From: Deltaproteobacteria bacterium | Lineage (GTDB): Bacteria > Myxococcota_A > Polyangia > Fen-1088 | Assembly: GCA_033763315.1 (NCBI GenBank) | Contig: JANRKS010000031.1 | Coordinates: forward strand, 64,001 to 128,000 | Reading direction: 5' to 3' | Length of the DNA stretch: 64,000 bases | Shown here: piece by piece, positions 30,437-40,298 of the stretch | How positions within the stretch are numbered: position 1 is the first letter of the stretch | Layout of the letters: every line of letters begins with the position of its first letter | Made by a program: the position numbers and the translations under genes | The notes under the pieces: generated by a model | The model's database searches: none | What the model was told of the DNA's origin: nothing | Seen by the model: only the letters and a program-made list of their open reading frames with translations

Positions 30437-30476
30437 ACCCACCTAACACCAAACCAAAATCTGCGGGGGAGGATAT

Positions 30477-31664
30477 ATGCCAAAGACGCTTTTCAAAGTT
30501 GACCTTACAAAGCCAATGTCGCAACAGGATCTTCCAGGTCACAACCGATGGCACCCTGATATTCCGGCGGTGGTGTCCGTTAAGCCGGGCGAGACCTTTC
30601 GCATCGAATGCAAAGACTGGACGGACGGGCAGATCAAATACAGCGCAGATCCTTCAGATGTGCGTGACGTAAAGCTCTCGGTGGTGCACGTCCTTAGCGG
30701 CCCCATTCACGTGGAGGGCGCCGAGCCGGGCGACATCTTGGTTGTGGATCTGCTGGATGTAGGCACGATGCCGGGCGACGAGTGGGGCTTCACAGGCATC
30801 TTCGAACGCGAAAACGGTGGCGGCTTTCTCACAGATCACTACCCCAAAGCGGCCAAGGCGGTGTGGGATCTGCAAGGGATCTATGCAAGTTCGCCGCAGA
30901 TACCTGGTGTCAAGTTCGCCGGCATCCCTCACCCAGGCCTCATAGGATGTGCGCCGTCGCATGAACTGCTGGCCACGTGGAATAAGCGCGAAAAAGCGTT
31001 GGTCGATAGCGGCGGGCCGGTGTGGAAGCCAAAAATTCCGCCGTTGGCTGAACTACCAAACCCTGAAAACGCTGTGCTTGGCACCTTGAAGGGAGCCGAC
31101 TTTGATCGCGTCGCATCGGAAGGGGCACGTACGGTGCCACCGCGCGAACATGGGGGCAACTGCGATATCAAGAACCTTTCTAAAGGATCAAAGATCTATT
31201 TCCCCGTTTACGTCAAAGGCGCCAAGCTTTCCATGGGCGACATTCACTTCTCCCAAGGTGACGGCGAGATCTCATTTTGCGGTGCCATAGAGATGTCCGG
31301 CTATCTCGATCTGCACGTCGACATCATCAAAGGCGGCATGGCGAAATACGCAATGATGAATCCGATCTTCAAGCCGGGCCCTGTCGAGCCTCGCTACTCG
31401 GAATACTTGGTGTTTGAGGGCATCTCCGTAGATGAATTTACCGGCCAGCAGTACTACCTCGACGCCCACGTCGCGTACCGGCGCGCCTGCTTGAATGCGA
31501 TTGAATACCTAAAGAAGTTCGGCTTCACAGGCGAACAGGCGTACTTGCTGCTTTCGTGTGCACCGATCGAAGGGCGCATCAGTGGCGTGGTGGACATTCC
31601 GAACGCGTGCGCCACGCTCGCGTTGCCAACCGCAATCTTCGATAAGCCCATCTTGCCGGTGTGA
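30477..31664 (+). CDS. fmdA: Formamidase (FmdA/AmdA family)
   Basis: HNRWHPDIP; DWTDGQI; ENGGGFLTDH; PPREHGGNCDIKNL; GDIHFSQGDGEI; DIPNACAT. Confidence 0.93.
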   Translation: MPKTLFKVDLTKPMSQQDLPGHNRWHPDIPAVVSVKPGETFRIECKDWTDGQIKYSADPSDVRDVKLSVVHVLSGPIHVEGAEPGDILVVDLLDVGTMPGDEWGFTGIFERENGGGFLTDHYPKAAKAVWDLQGIYASSPQIPGVKFAGIPHPGLIGCAPSHELLATWNKREKALVDSGGPVWKPKIPPLAELPNPENAVLGTLKGADFDRVASEGARTVPPREHGGNCDIKNLSKGSKIYFPVYVKGAKLSMGDIHFSQGDGEISFCGAIEMSGYLDLHVDIIKGGMAKYAMMNPIFKPGPVEPRYSEYLVFEGISVDEFTGQQYYLDAHVAYRRACLNAIEYLKKFGFTGEQAYLLLSCAPIEGRISGVVDIPNACATLALPTAIFDKPILPV

Positions 31665-31671
31665 GCCATCG

Positions 31672-31959
31672 ATGCCGCTTTACGAATACCACTGCAAACC
31701 GTGCGGCGATTTCTCAGCCATGCGTCCGATGGCGGAATCGGCCCTGCCGTCACCATGCCCCGCTTGTGGCAAGGCCGCAGAGCGCATACTGTCGGCCACT
31801 TTCGGCGGCGACTCGCGCCGTCAAAAGCGTTCGCATAGCCGTGAGCCGAGACTTGTGCGACGCTCACCCGTTGCGGAGATGCCAAGCAAGAAATCGACGC
31901 CGGAGAAGAAAGCCAAACGACCTCACCACCACGGTCGACCGTGGATGATGGGCCATTGA
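31672..31959 (+). CDS. fmdB: FmdB-family zinc-ribbon regulatory protein
   Basis: MPLYEYHCKPCGDF..CPACG..RPWMMGH, directly after fmdA. Confidence 0.88.
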   Translation: MPLYEYHCKPCGDFSAMRPMAESALPSPCPACGKAAERILSATFGGDSRRQKRSHSREPRLVRRSPVAEMPSKKSTPEKKAKRPHHHGRPWMMGH

Positions 31960-31998
31960 CACAAGCGGTGGCGCCTACGCCAGCGGGCGCCGCCGTTC

Positions 31999-33175
31999 TT
32001 ATGGTTGCATGAGGTAACCAAAATCCACGTCGGTGATGCCAGCGGAAGGCACGGCGCTCTTCAGCCACTTCACACCATCATTTGACGTGGATCCATAAGA
32101 CACGAACACGCCCGCGCCATAAGCGACGCGGTCCTGTGGCACCATGAAACCTTTTTCGCTTTGCCAGGTTTTGCCGTCGGTGGATTTGTAGACGTTGCCA
32201 TCGGTGCCGCCGTAAACGAAGCTCGTGCCGGTAAACACAATCCACGCTCCGCCGGGCCCACCTGCAGCCGTCCAGGTCGTGGCGTCGGCGGACGTTTGCC
32301 GTGAGGATCCTACGGCTATGAATACGCCGTTGCCAAAGGCAACCGATCTCCATTCATTGCCGGATGTGATGCGTGTCCAGGTGCGGCCGTCACCGGACTG
32401 CACGCGTTTGCCACCATCGCCCCATGCGATGAACTTGCCGCCGGCGAACGTCATCTGGCGCAAAATGCCGCCAAAACTGAGCGATCCTTTGTCGGTGTTC
32501 ACTTCCCACTTGTACCCGTCATCGGAGCGGGCCGCGTAATGACCACTGACGCTCACCCAGATGTTGTTGCCGAACGCGACCTCGCTCAGGCCAGGGGCGC
32601 CCGTCATAAACTCTTTCCACGTTTTTCCATCAGCCGTCGTTAGCAGGCGTCCTGTGGCGCCCGCGCTGCCGCCGCCCGCCACGCACAACCCATTGCCGCA
32701 ACCAATGCCGCGCAGAAGATGTGGATCATCGCCACCGCCGCCGCTGGTGATCGAATCAACCCATGTTTTGCCGAGATCGCGCGATACGATGCGAATGCCG
32801 GAATAACCCGCTGCCGCGAACGTGGGGGTGCCTTTGGGGGGGGGGCTCCTCAGGTGTGGTGCCCGCGTCACTGGCCGATGCGCTTGTGCCTCCAGCGCCG
32901 CCTGTCATGGCTGCGGCGTCGGCGCTTACGCCCCCTGCACCGGCCCGGCCGCTTGCCCCTGCGGTGCTGCTGCCGCCCATGTTGTTGCCAACGTTATTGC
33001 CACCGCCAGCACCACCAGCGCTGTCGCTGTCACCGCCATTGCCGCCATTGTCGTCTTGCACTCTTTCATCTGCGGCACCCTGGCAGGCGCCGAGAGTGGT
33101 GATGAAAACAAAGAGCTTCGCTAAACCCGCAACAGGCCCGCGCGTGCTCAACGTCTGGAACTGCTTGACGTTCAT
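31999..33175 (-). pseudogene. Beta-propeller (Asp-box/BNR-like) lipoprotein gene split by a +1 frameshift in a C10 tract
   Basis: The N-terminal ORF has lipobox TLGAC plus a Gly/Ser linker. The C-terminal ORF has SxDGxTW / VAFGNGVF repeats. With C9 the two read through as ..TTPEEPPPKGTPTFAAAG.. Confidence 0.8.
32836..32845. repeat. G10 homopolymer (C10 on the coding strand)
   Basis: cctttGGGGGGGGGGctcct. Confidence 0.95.
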
Positions 33176-33348
33176 GCCCAGTAATTATGCCTGCAAATCA
33201 ACCATTCGTGGCTGCACAAAGAGTGGACGAGACATCGCATTTGCCTGGAATTTACGACGATGGCCATCTGCTGCCGCGTTGCGAACCTAACGGACTAGAT
33301 CTATTTGACCCCGGGCGAGCCTGGACTGCCAGGTTGCGCCTGCCACGC

Positions 33349-33765
33349 CTAAAGTGCGTCGGGGTTGGCGCCGGCATCGGGCACAGGCGCGCGGTAGCCA
33401 AACAGGGTTTGCTTTTCCGCTTCCGGGGTCAGCTTCACTGTCAGGCGATAGTCGTTAAACGTGTAGGCCCGCGTGTGAACAGGCAAGAAGCCCTGCGCTG
33501 TCACCGTGACATCCAACGGTCCGCTGTCACGCGGGCGCTCGATAACCAACGTGCGGCGCTCTTTGATCATGCCAAGGCGTTTTCGGCCCCACCACACCTG
33601 CGCTCTGACGGGCGGCACCGTTGCAAACGTGATTGTGACGTTGTCACTTTCACTTTCGTTCGGTGCGGCGGGTGTTTGTGCGGCACCAGGCTTGGCGAAC
33701 CACGCGGCCAGCACGCTGAGCGCGAGGATGATCGGGCCCGCAAAACGCGATGAAGACTTGATCAT
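33349..33765 (-). CDS. Small secreted protein, PEGA-like beta domain
   Basis: Signal peptide; VTITFATVPPVRAQV..LDVTVTAQGFLP; ATGA overlap with the upstream gene. Confidence 0.65.
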   Translation of the reverse strand: MIKSSSRFAGPIILALSVLAAWFAKPGAAQTPAAPNESESDNVTITFATVPPVRAQVWWGRKRLGMIKERRTLVIERPRDSGPLDVTVTAQGFLPVHTRAYTFNDYRLTVKLTPEAEKQTLFGYRAPVPDAGANPDAL

Positions 33766-35870
33766 GGTGCGCCTCCTTCGTCAGGCGAAGCTGTTGTTCC
33801 GGCCCCTCCGCCGGCGCGGCCCTCGGATGAGTTAGGCAAAGCGGGTGGTGGGCCTGGATAAACGACGTGAGGCATCGGGACATATGTGGTGATCGGCGTT
33901 TTCTGTTCGCCTTTGATCTCTCCCTCCAGCACGTCGACGGGCAAAGGTGGCTCCAATTGATAACGAAACCCCCGCGACGGCAGCCGCATCTCGTAAACGT
34001 CGTTGCCCTTGAGAAACTGCCGCGAAAAATCCATGGCCTGATCGCCTGCCACGCGCATGTTGCGGTGACGCAGGATGAACGAGTACAGCCGAATGGCCAA
34101 ATGGTTGGGCAGCCTGTGGCAGCCATGCGAGAAGCCACTGGCGCTGTACATCGAAAGGTATTCCGAAGAGCCGTGCGCGCGGATGCCGTTGTCCCAGTCG
34201 GGCCGCCCATCTTTGCCGGGCACAACGAAGTAGCCGGCCACCAAGCCGTAAGCCGACAAGAAGCCGGGGCCGAGCTCGTCGTAATTGACAACCAGTTGCG
34301 AGCGACCGAACACGCGTTTCGTTTTGACCAAACCGCGGATCGGGGTGGATTCTGGCGCGATCCACACCGGGCCTGCCACAACGTTGCGAATCACACGGGG
34401 ACCAACGTCCGAGCCTTTGTAGCGATAGTATTCATACCCATCGCTTGCTTGTTCTGCGCGCCAACCGCCCACCGTGGTGCGCCAACGAACAAGCGGAACT
34501 CTTTGACCTTTCTGGTTCACATACAGCGTAAAGCTGGGAAACTTTTTGCGCGGTTGCGGCACCGGCTTTCCATCGGCGTCGAAGGGCAGCCCGTACCACA
34601 CGTCCCCTCGATCGATGACGATCGAAAGCTCCATGTGCGGCTTATAGTACTCAGGCAACGCCGGCAGCCGCACGGCCACACGCAGTGGTGAAGCGGTGTC
34701 ATGGCGCCGAAAAAAGCTCAGCGCGCCTTCGATCGTGTCGATGCCCAGCGACTTCGTGGTGAGGTCAGTCAAATCGTCAGCCAGGTTTGGCACAGGAAGC
34801 TTTGTGCCTGCCGCTGATGGAAATTGCGGCGGACCCTTGCTGGTGTTTGCCGAGCCGTCCTCCAACACCCCCGCGGCGTCAACAATCCTTTCCCTTAAAA
34901 CGCGCTTGAGCGCGAGTAAGTCGTTTTCCAAAGTTGATCGCGCCAAGGCTTCGACGGTGGCTTTGCGCAGATAGTTCGATTCATAGATCATATGCTTTTG
35001 TTGAAAGCCTTTGACCGCCAAGCGAAGGGCGTCGTCGTAACTGCCCTTCTTGTGCCCGCTTTTGGAATTGGGTTTGTCTTCCAAGAAGCCTTCGCACGTC
35101 AGCCGATGTTCCACGGCGGCCAACGCAGCCCGTTCGGCGGTGCGCTTTTGTGCCAGCTTCACCTTTGCCGCGAGATCCGGCTGGCGTTCGGCAAGTTCGT
35201 CAAGAGTGGCCACGTTGTGCTTGCGAGCCGCCTTTTCTAGCTCAGCCTGAAGGCGCGCGGTCTTCTCCTCTTCGGCACGGATACGCGAAGGTTCAACGTA
35301 AGAGACCGACTCAACCGCTTCCAGCACTTCGCGGCTGGTGCCGTCGTGACAAGAGCGGTCGGCGTCCCTCAAAAAACGAGCGCGCAACACAGAAAGCGAA
35401 GGCGGAATCCCGTAGAGCTCAAGGTAATTCTTTTCGCCTTCGGGTAAGGGCTCGCCATCTTCATCCAGGCGATCGTTGGCAAGGCCAACGAACACACGCC
35501 GGTATCGGTTGTGCAGCGGCTGCCCCTCGGGGCCCTGATGCTCTGCAAAAATGAACGGCGTCCAAGCGTCCGATAGATCAACGATTGTGTAACCCGCACC
35601 CGTGGCCGAGCCGGCATCCACCCAACTCTCTTTGCCGTCCTGCACCAGCAGCACGCGGCGGTCGGCCGGCACATCCGCCTGGGCGGCGACGGGTTCCGGG
35701 CGCGACGGGGCAGGGGGCGTTTGGGACGGCGGATGGGCCGCGGGCTCTGTGTGAGGGGCAGGCGCGCTGATGGTCGGCGCCGGTGGTGAGGTCCGGCAGC
35801 CAGCGATGAACACCACCGAAGCCAAAGGCATCACCAGCCGCCAAGGCAAGCGACAAACAAACGAGGTCAT
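33762..35870 (-). CDS. L,D-transpeptidase (YkuD-like) lipoprotein with putative peptidoglycan-binding segment
   Basis: Lipobox FIAGC; YDDALRLAVKGFQQKH; PVWIAP; GIRAHGS..FSHGCHRL catalytic motif. Confidence 0.85.
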   Translation of the reverse strand: MTSFVCRLPWRLVMPLASVVFIAGCRTSPPAPTISAPAPHTEPAAHPPSQTPPAPSRPEPVAAQADVPADRRVLLVQDGKESWVDAGSATGAGYTIVDLSDAWTPFIFAEHQGPEGQPLHNRYRRVFVGLANDRLDEDGEPLPEGEKNYLELYGIPPSLSVLRARFLRDADRSCHDGTSREVLEAVESVSYVEPSRIRAEEEKTARLQAELEKAARKHNVATLDELAERQPDLAAKVKLAQKRTAERAALAAVEHRLTCEGFLEDKPNSKSGHKKGSYDDALRLAVKGFQQKHMIYESNYLRKATVEALARSTLENDLLALKRVLRERIVDAAGVLEDGSANTSKGPPQFPSAAGTKLPVPNLADDLTDLTTKSLGIDTIEGALSFFRRHDTASPLRVAVRLPALPEYYKPHMELSIVIDRGDVWYGLPFDADGKPVPQPRKKFPSFTLYVNQKGQRVPLVRWRTTVGGWRAEQASDGYEYYRYKGSDVGPRVIRNVVAGPVWIAPESTPIRGLVKTKRVFGRSQLVVNYDELGPGFLSAYGLVAGYFVVPGKDGRPDWDNGIRAHGSSEYLSMYSASGFSHGCHRLPNHLAIRLYSFILRHRNMRVAGDQAMDFSRQFLKGNDVYEMRLPSRGFRYQLEPPLPVDVLEGEIKGEQKTPITTYVPMPHVVYPGPPPALPNSSEGRAGGGAGTTASPDEGGAP

Positions 35871-35944
35871 AAGAGGACGACATCATATCGGCTCTTCGGA
35901 CGAAAACCGCAAAAAGCGGCCGTTCTTTTGGGTAAAGCCAGCCC

Positions 35945-37384
35945 TCACGGCCGCTTGCGCACTTGCAGAACCGCCATCATCCCGAGCTGGGCGTGATCCA
36001 GGATGTGACAGTGGAACATCCACATGCCGGGGCGGTCGTCGAAGGTCACCACGAAACGCAGCGTTTCGCCGGCGGGGACATTCACGCTGTCCTTAAGCTC
36101 GCGCACAGGCCACGGCTTGCCATCCAGATCCAAAATCTCGAAGGCGAAGCCGTGCAAGTGAAACGGATGGTCGTACTTGGTGCCGTTCACCACTTCCCAT
36201 GTCTCCGTGTCACCCACGTAGGCAAGGTGCATGGGCTCTGCATGGGCCTCGTGGTGCCCTTCTTCACCACCAAAGGTCTGGCCGTTGATCGTGAGGTAGC
36301 CGACTCCGTCGATCACCTTTTCCCCCAGCTCGATGCGGCGATGATGCGCGTTTGTCAGATCGCGCGCGGGCAACACTCGCAACGGATTGGGGAGCTTCAT
36401 CGGCGCCCCGCCGCCTTTGACCATCTGCAAATTGATAAGCGGTTCATCTGGGTGAATCGCGCCAATGCCAAATCGATTTGGATCCTGGTACATGACGGCA
36501 AAGCCTTCGGCAGCAGAGGCGGGCGGCGTGAAGATCACCTCGGCGCGTTCGGACGGTGCGAGCAGCAACGAATCGAGTGTCTGCGGGTGTTCCATCAACC
36601 CCACATCTGAACCCACGCGCACAAGTGGCGTGCCAGGCACTTTCATCTTCAGAAAGCGCGCCCGCGCTGCATTGATGATGCGCCAACGTTGTGGCAAGCC
36701 CACCCGCGCTTTGAGCCCCGGTTTCAGCTTGCCGTTGATCAGCAGCGCTGCGCCTTCGCGGCCGAAATAGTCCCCGAACCAGCCGCTTTCATCTCCCGCT
36801 TGCAGTTGGCCATCCTTCGTCAACGACATATCGCTGAACATCAGCACAACGTCATCAACGGCGAGCGGATCGGCGGGGTCATCCACCACCAAGGGACCAT
36901 AAAGACCGTAGCCCACTTGTGACGATGAATTCATGTGCGGGTGGTACCAAAAGGTGCCCGCGTCAGGCAACACGAAGTCGTATGTGAAAGACGCCCCCGG
37001 CATCACGGGGCTCTGCACGGCGTTTGACCCATCCATATCTGCCGTGATCTGAAGCCCATGCCAATGGACGGTTGTGGCTTCTGGCAGGTGGTTGGTGAAG
37101 TGAACGATCACACGATCGCCGCGCTTTGCGCGCAAAAGAGGGCCGGGAACGGAACCGTTATACGTCCACGTTTCGGTCTGCACGCCAGGCTTGATTTGCA
37201 CCATGCCCAAACGCGCGTCGAGGTTTACTTCCAGCACATTTGGATCGGGGTTCAGATCCTCGACGAGCGGCAAGGCCACATCTTGATCCCACGCTTCTGG
37301 TTGCGACACAGGCTCTGCGGGCGCTTCGCAACCAGCACTCAAGCAAACGCCCAGCGCAACGGTGATGATCCTGCCGGCCGTCAT
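35945..37384 (-). CDS. Multicopper oxidase lipoprotein
   Basis: HWHG; WYHPH; HPFHLHG; MFHCHILDHAQLGMM; lipobox LSAGC. Confidence 0.95.
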   Translation of the reverse strand: MTAGRIITVALGVCLSAGCEAPAEPVSQPEAWDQDVALPLVEDLNPDPNVLEVNLDARLGMVQIKPGVQTETWTYNGSVPGPLLRAKRGDRVIVHFTNHLPEATTVHWHGLQITADMDGSNAVQSPVMPGASFTYDFVLPDAGTFWYHPHMNSSSQVGYGLYGPLVVDDPADPLAVDDVVLMFSDMSLTKDGQLQAGDESGWFGDYFGREGAALLINGKLKPGLKARVGLPQRWRIINAARARFLKMKVPGTPLVRVGSDVGLMEHPQTLDSLLLAPSERAEVIFTPPASAAEGFAVMYQDPNRFGIGAIHPDEPLINLQMVKGGGAPMKLPNPLRVLPARDLTNAHHRRIELGEKVIDGVGYLTINGQTFGGEEGHHEAHAEPMHLAYVGDTETWEVVNGTKYDHPFHLHGFAFEILDLDGKPWPVRELKDSVNVPAGETLRFVVTFDDRPGMWMFHCHILDHAQLGMMAVLQVRKRP

Positions 37385-37584
37385 GGACTCACACTTTGGC
37401 CCGGAACCGCTGCTTGGCGAGGTTGCATACAGCAACACTCATTGCAGCGCCCGTGCCAGTCTTGCCTCAAGCTGTTTCGTGAGCGCGGACGCCGCAAACG
37501 CGCAAGTTCTGCGATTGGAAACAAACTGGATGCAAGCCGCGCCCGAAATGGCTCCCGCAAACCTCGGCCGCCTGGGGCCCACTG

Positions 37585-39210
37585 TTACGGGTTCTCGGCC
37601 AGGCGCAACGTGCCCGTGGTGACACGGTAGTTGACGCCCATGCCACTTGTGACCTCCACTTTTGCTGCGGCACCCACCGCGCTGTATTTGCCAAGCGCAT
37701 CGGCGGCCTGCACGGACGGCGTCCACGTGTTCCCTACCGCGGTGGCCACAAAGCCGCCTGCGGTCAGCGCCACACCTACGGCATTGCCCGTGAAAGTGTT
37801 TGCGCCCGGCGACAGCAGCGTGCCAAGGTCCGCCACAGAGCCGCTGTAACAAACGATATTGACGCCAACATTGCCGTTGTTGGTGATCTTCGCGTTGCGC
37901 AGCTTCACGTTGCAGGTGCCCGGCGCGCCCGTGGTCACGCTGACGCCCTCTTGCGCGTTGGCTGAGATCTCGCCGCCTTCGATGTCTAACTTGGCTGAAG
38001 TGCCCATTTGAATGCCGGCCTGTGTGTGGTTGATCACGCGCGTGTTCCGCAAGCGAACCTCGGCGGTTGTGCCGGTGCCTTGGTGGACGCCCAGTCGATT
38101 CGCATCGAACAAGGTGTTGCTCGCTTCGATGACGGCGCCTCCACTGTATCCATATTCGACGCCAATTCCGATGCCATTGTTTTTGATCGCGCTGTCAGTT
38201 AAGGCGATTGTTGCGCCCACGCCGCGTACGCTGATCCCATAATTGCTGAAGCCACGAATTTCGCTGCCCATATCAAGAACGACGTGGCCAACCCCCAGTC
38301 CCATCCCGCGAGCCGCGGTGGCCACGTTGGTCAAGGTGACGCCCGACAAGCGCACGCGCGAGTTATCGACCACGATGATGGTGCCTGAACCTGACGTTAT
38401 GGCCGCTTTGCCGCTGTTTATCTTCATTTGCTTGACGTTCACTTCTGAAGCGCCCCGCACGGTGAGGAATTGGCAACCGAGGCCATCACTGGCACTGTCG
38501 ATGAGGTCGCCTCCCGAGAAGGTGAGCTTGGCCGCATCATCCACGTAGACCGCCGCCTCCCATCCGGAACCACCGCAACCGTAGACACCCGAGAACGTGC
38601 TGCCTTCAATCACGTTGCCGACGCCCCGAACATCAATCTGGCCACCTTGACCTGTGGGACGATGAAAATGGATGTTCTTGAGAGTTCCGCCCCTCAAACA
38701 CACGCCATAGGAGCCAGTGACACGAACGGTGGCTTGACGTGCGTTGACAGCGGCAAGAGTAACCCCCGTGGGAACCACGAGTCCCGTATCAATCGTGCAA
38801 GGGCCCGCTGTGGCCACAGCCAATTTCGGATCCACGCTCGCGTCCCACACGCCATCGAGCAGCCACACAGTGTCGTTTGCAGCCGCCTTGGATAGCGCTT
38901 TGCTAATTGTCTTGAGCGGCGCGGCCATCGTGCCTGCATTTGTATCAACACCTGTGGGGCTCACGTAGAAGGCCATCCCGAGCGGCACTGCATCCACGCC
39001 CGTGTCACTTGCCACGGCGGCCTCACTTGCAACGGCGTCTTGGGGGGGCGAAGCCGCGTCGCTGGTGGCGGCGTCACCCGGGGGGCCCGAGTCAAAGGCA
39101 ACCGAAATGTCGCCATCTTGCGGCGGGCGCCGGCTTGTTTCGTCGTCACAAGCCACAAGCAGGGCACACCAAGCGACGCCCATCACCAAAGCCATTTGCT
39201 TGCACAGCAT
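37585..39210 (-). CDS. DUF1565 / right-handed beta-helix lipoprotein
   Basis: SD before ATG 39210; lipobox LLVAC; FYVSPTGVDTNAGTMAAPLKTISKAL; beta-helix repeats; ADLGT..PGANTF. Confidence 0.8.
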   Translation of the reverse strand: MLCKQMALVMGVAWCALLVACDDETSRRPPQDGDISVAFDSGPPGDAATSDAASPPQDAVASEAAVASDTGVDAVPLGMAFYVSPTGVDTNAGTMAAPLKTISKALSKAAANDTVWLLDGVWDASVDPKLAVATAGPCTIDTGLVVPTGVTLAAVNARQATVRVTGSYGVCLRGGTLKNIHFHRPTGQGGQIDVRGVGNVIEGSTFSGVYGCGGSGWEAAVYVDDAAKLTFSGGDLIDSASDGLGCQFLTVRGASEVNVKQMKINSGKAAITSGSGTIIVVDNSRVRLSGVTLTNVATAARGMGLGVGHVVLDMGSEIRGFSNYGISVRGVGATIALTDSAIKNNGIGIGVEYGYSGGAVIEASNTLFDANRLGVHQGTGTTAEVRLRNTRVINHTQAGIQMGTSAKLDIEGGEISANAQEGVSVTTGAPGTCNVKLRNAKITNNGNVGVNIVCYSGSVADLGTLLSPGANTFTGNAVGVALTAGGFVATAVGNTWTPSVQAADALGKYSAVGAAAKVEVTSGMGVNYRVTTGTLRLAENP

Positions 39211-39493
39211 TTTGTTCTCCCTCACAGAACGCAGACAACCCGTGACATTCCCCCCAACTCTGGACGGGACACTTGGCTGCTTCTGGACGATCGCCACCGT
39301 CACAAACCATGTTTTGCGCACGTTGCCTATGGTAACAGCGTCGGGCGACGGTTTTCACCAAAGTTGTCGATACAAGCTTTCAAGAGCTATTGCCAACAAG
39401 CTGAAATAGACAACCGGGGCTCCGACGGCTATCAAGGTAACTTCCTCCCGTCAAAGCCAGGCGCGCTAGGCGCTACCACCCGCACATGGAGAT

Positions 39494-39994
39494 TTGGTTG
39501 TGAGCACAAGCCCAGGGACAACAAGACATTCAGTCACCCGCAGCCATGATCGGCTGCAGGCCGCACTGACCTCGAAGCAGGCCTCGGCCAAGCCTGGATC
39601 GTGCAAGGCCGAGTGCGAAACACTGGGCGGCTCACTGTTCGTTGAAACCGGCGGTGTCAACGGTGGACTGCGAGCCGATTTTTACCAAGTGGACTCCAAG
39701 CATTACCACCTGCGAGTGGGCGATCAACTTGTTGACCCCACCGTTTACCAATTCTTCAACGTACCTGCAGGATTTCAGGGAAGCGTGTTGGCCGGGCCAA
39801 AGGATCGCTTTGTGTCCGCGTTGCGCGAGCTGCACGCGAAGTTCGGATACGCCCGCATCGTTGACACCAAGGTGCAGAACGTCGATCAGTTCTTTGAAGA
39901 GTATTGGGGCAAGGCCACGCTCTACAAAAGCGGCAACGAACTGTACGAACACGTTGGCAAGGCTACGGGGCGCGTTCGCGGCTATTACAAGTAG
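39494..39994 (+). CDS. Hypothetical protein with a transglutaminase/YunG-like C..H..DPT..QF pattern
   Basis: GSCKAEC..KHYHLRVGDQLVDPTVYQFF; composition looks coding; start uncertain. Confidence 0.5.
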   Translation: MVVSTSPGTTRHSVTRSHDRLQAALTSKQASAKPGSCKAECETLGGSLFVETGGVNGGLRADFYQVDSKHYHLRVGDQLVDPTVYQFFNVPAGFQGSVLAGPKDRFVSALRELHAKFGYARIVDTKVQNVDQFFEEYWGKATLYKSGNELYEHVGKATGRVRGYYK

Positions 39995-40298
39995 CCCGCA
40001 CACCTGTAGGCGCTCAGAACCTGCGATCAAGGGCCTCATTCAGGGCGATGGGTAAGTTACGGGCATTTGGATCGGAATAGCTCGCCTGGGATGGCAAACC
40101 AGCCACAAAAAGCATGTTCGGCTTCGTGCATTGCTTCGCTTCAGACGGTGCATACATTTGCACCCCCTGGTGAAAGTTTTTGCACACCTTGCCCTCCTTA
40201 GGCGTCAATGGGAAACTTCACGGTCCCACACGAAACGCCGATGTGAGAAGGTGCATAGTGTGGGTTTCGGGGCTTCTGGTCGCACAAAATTTCTATCG

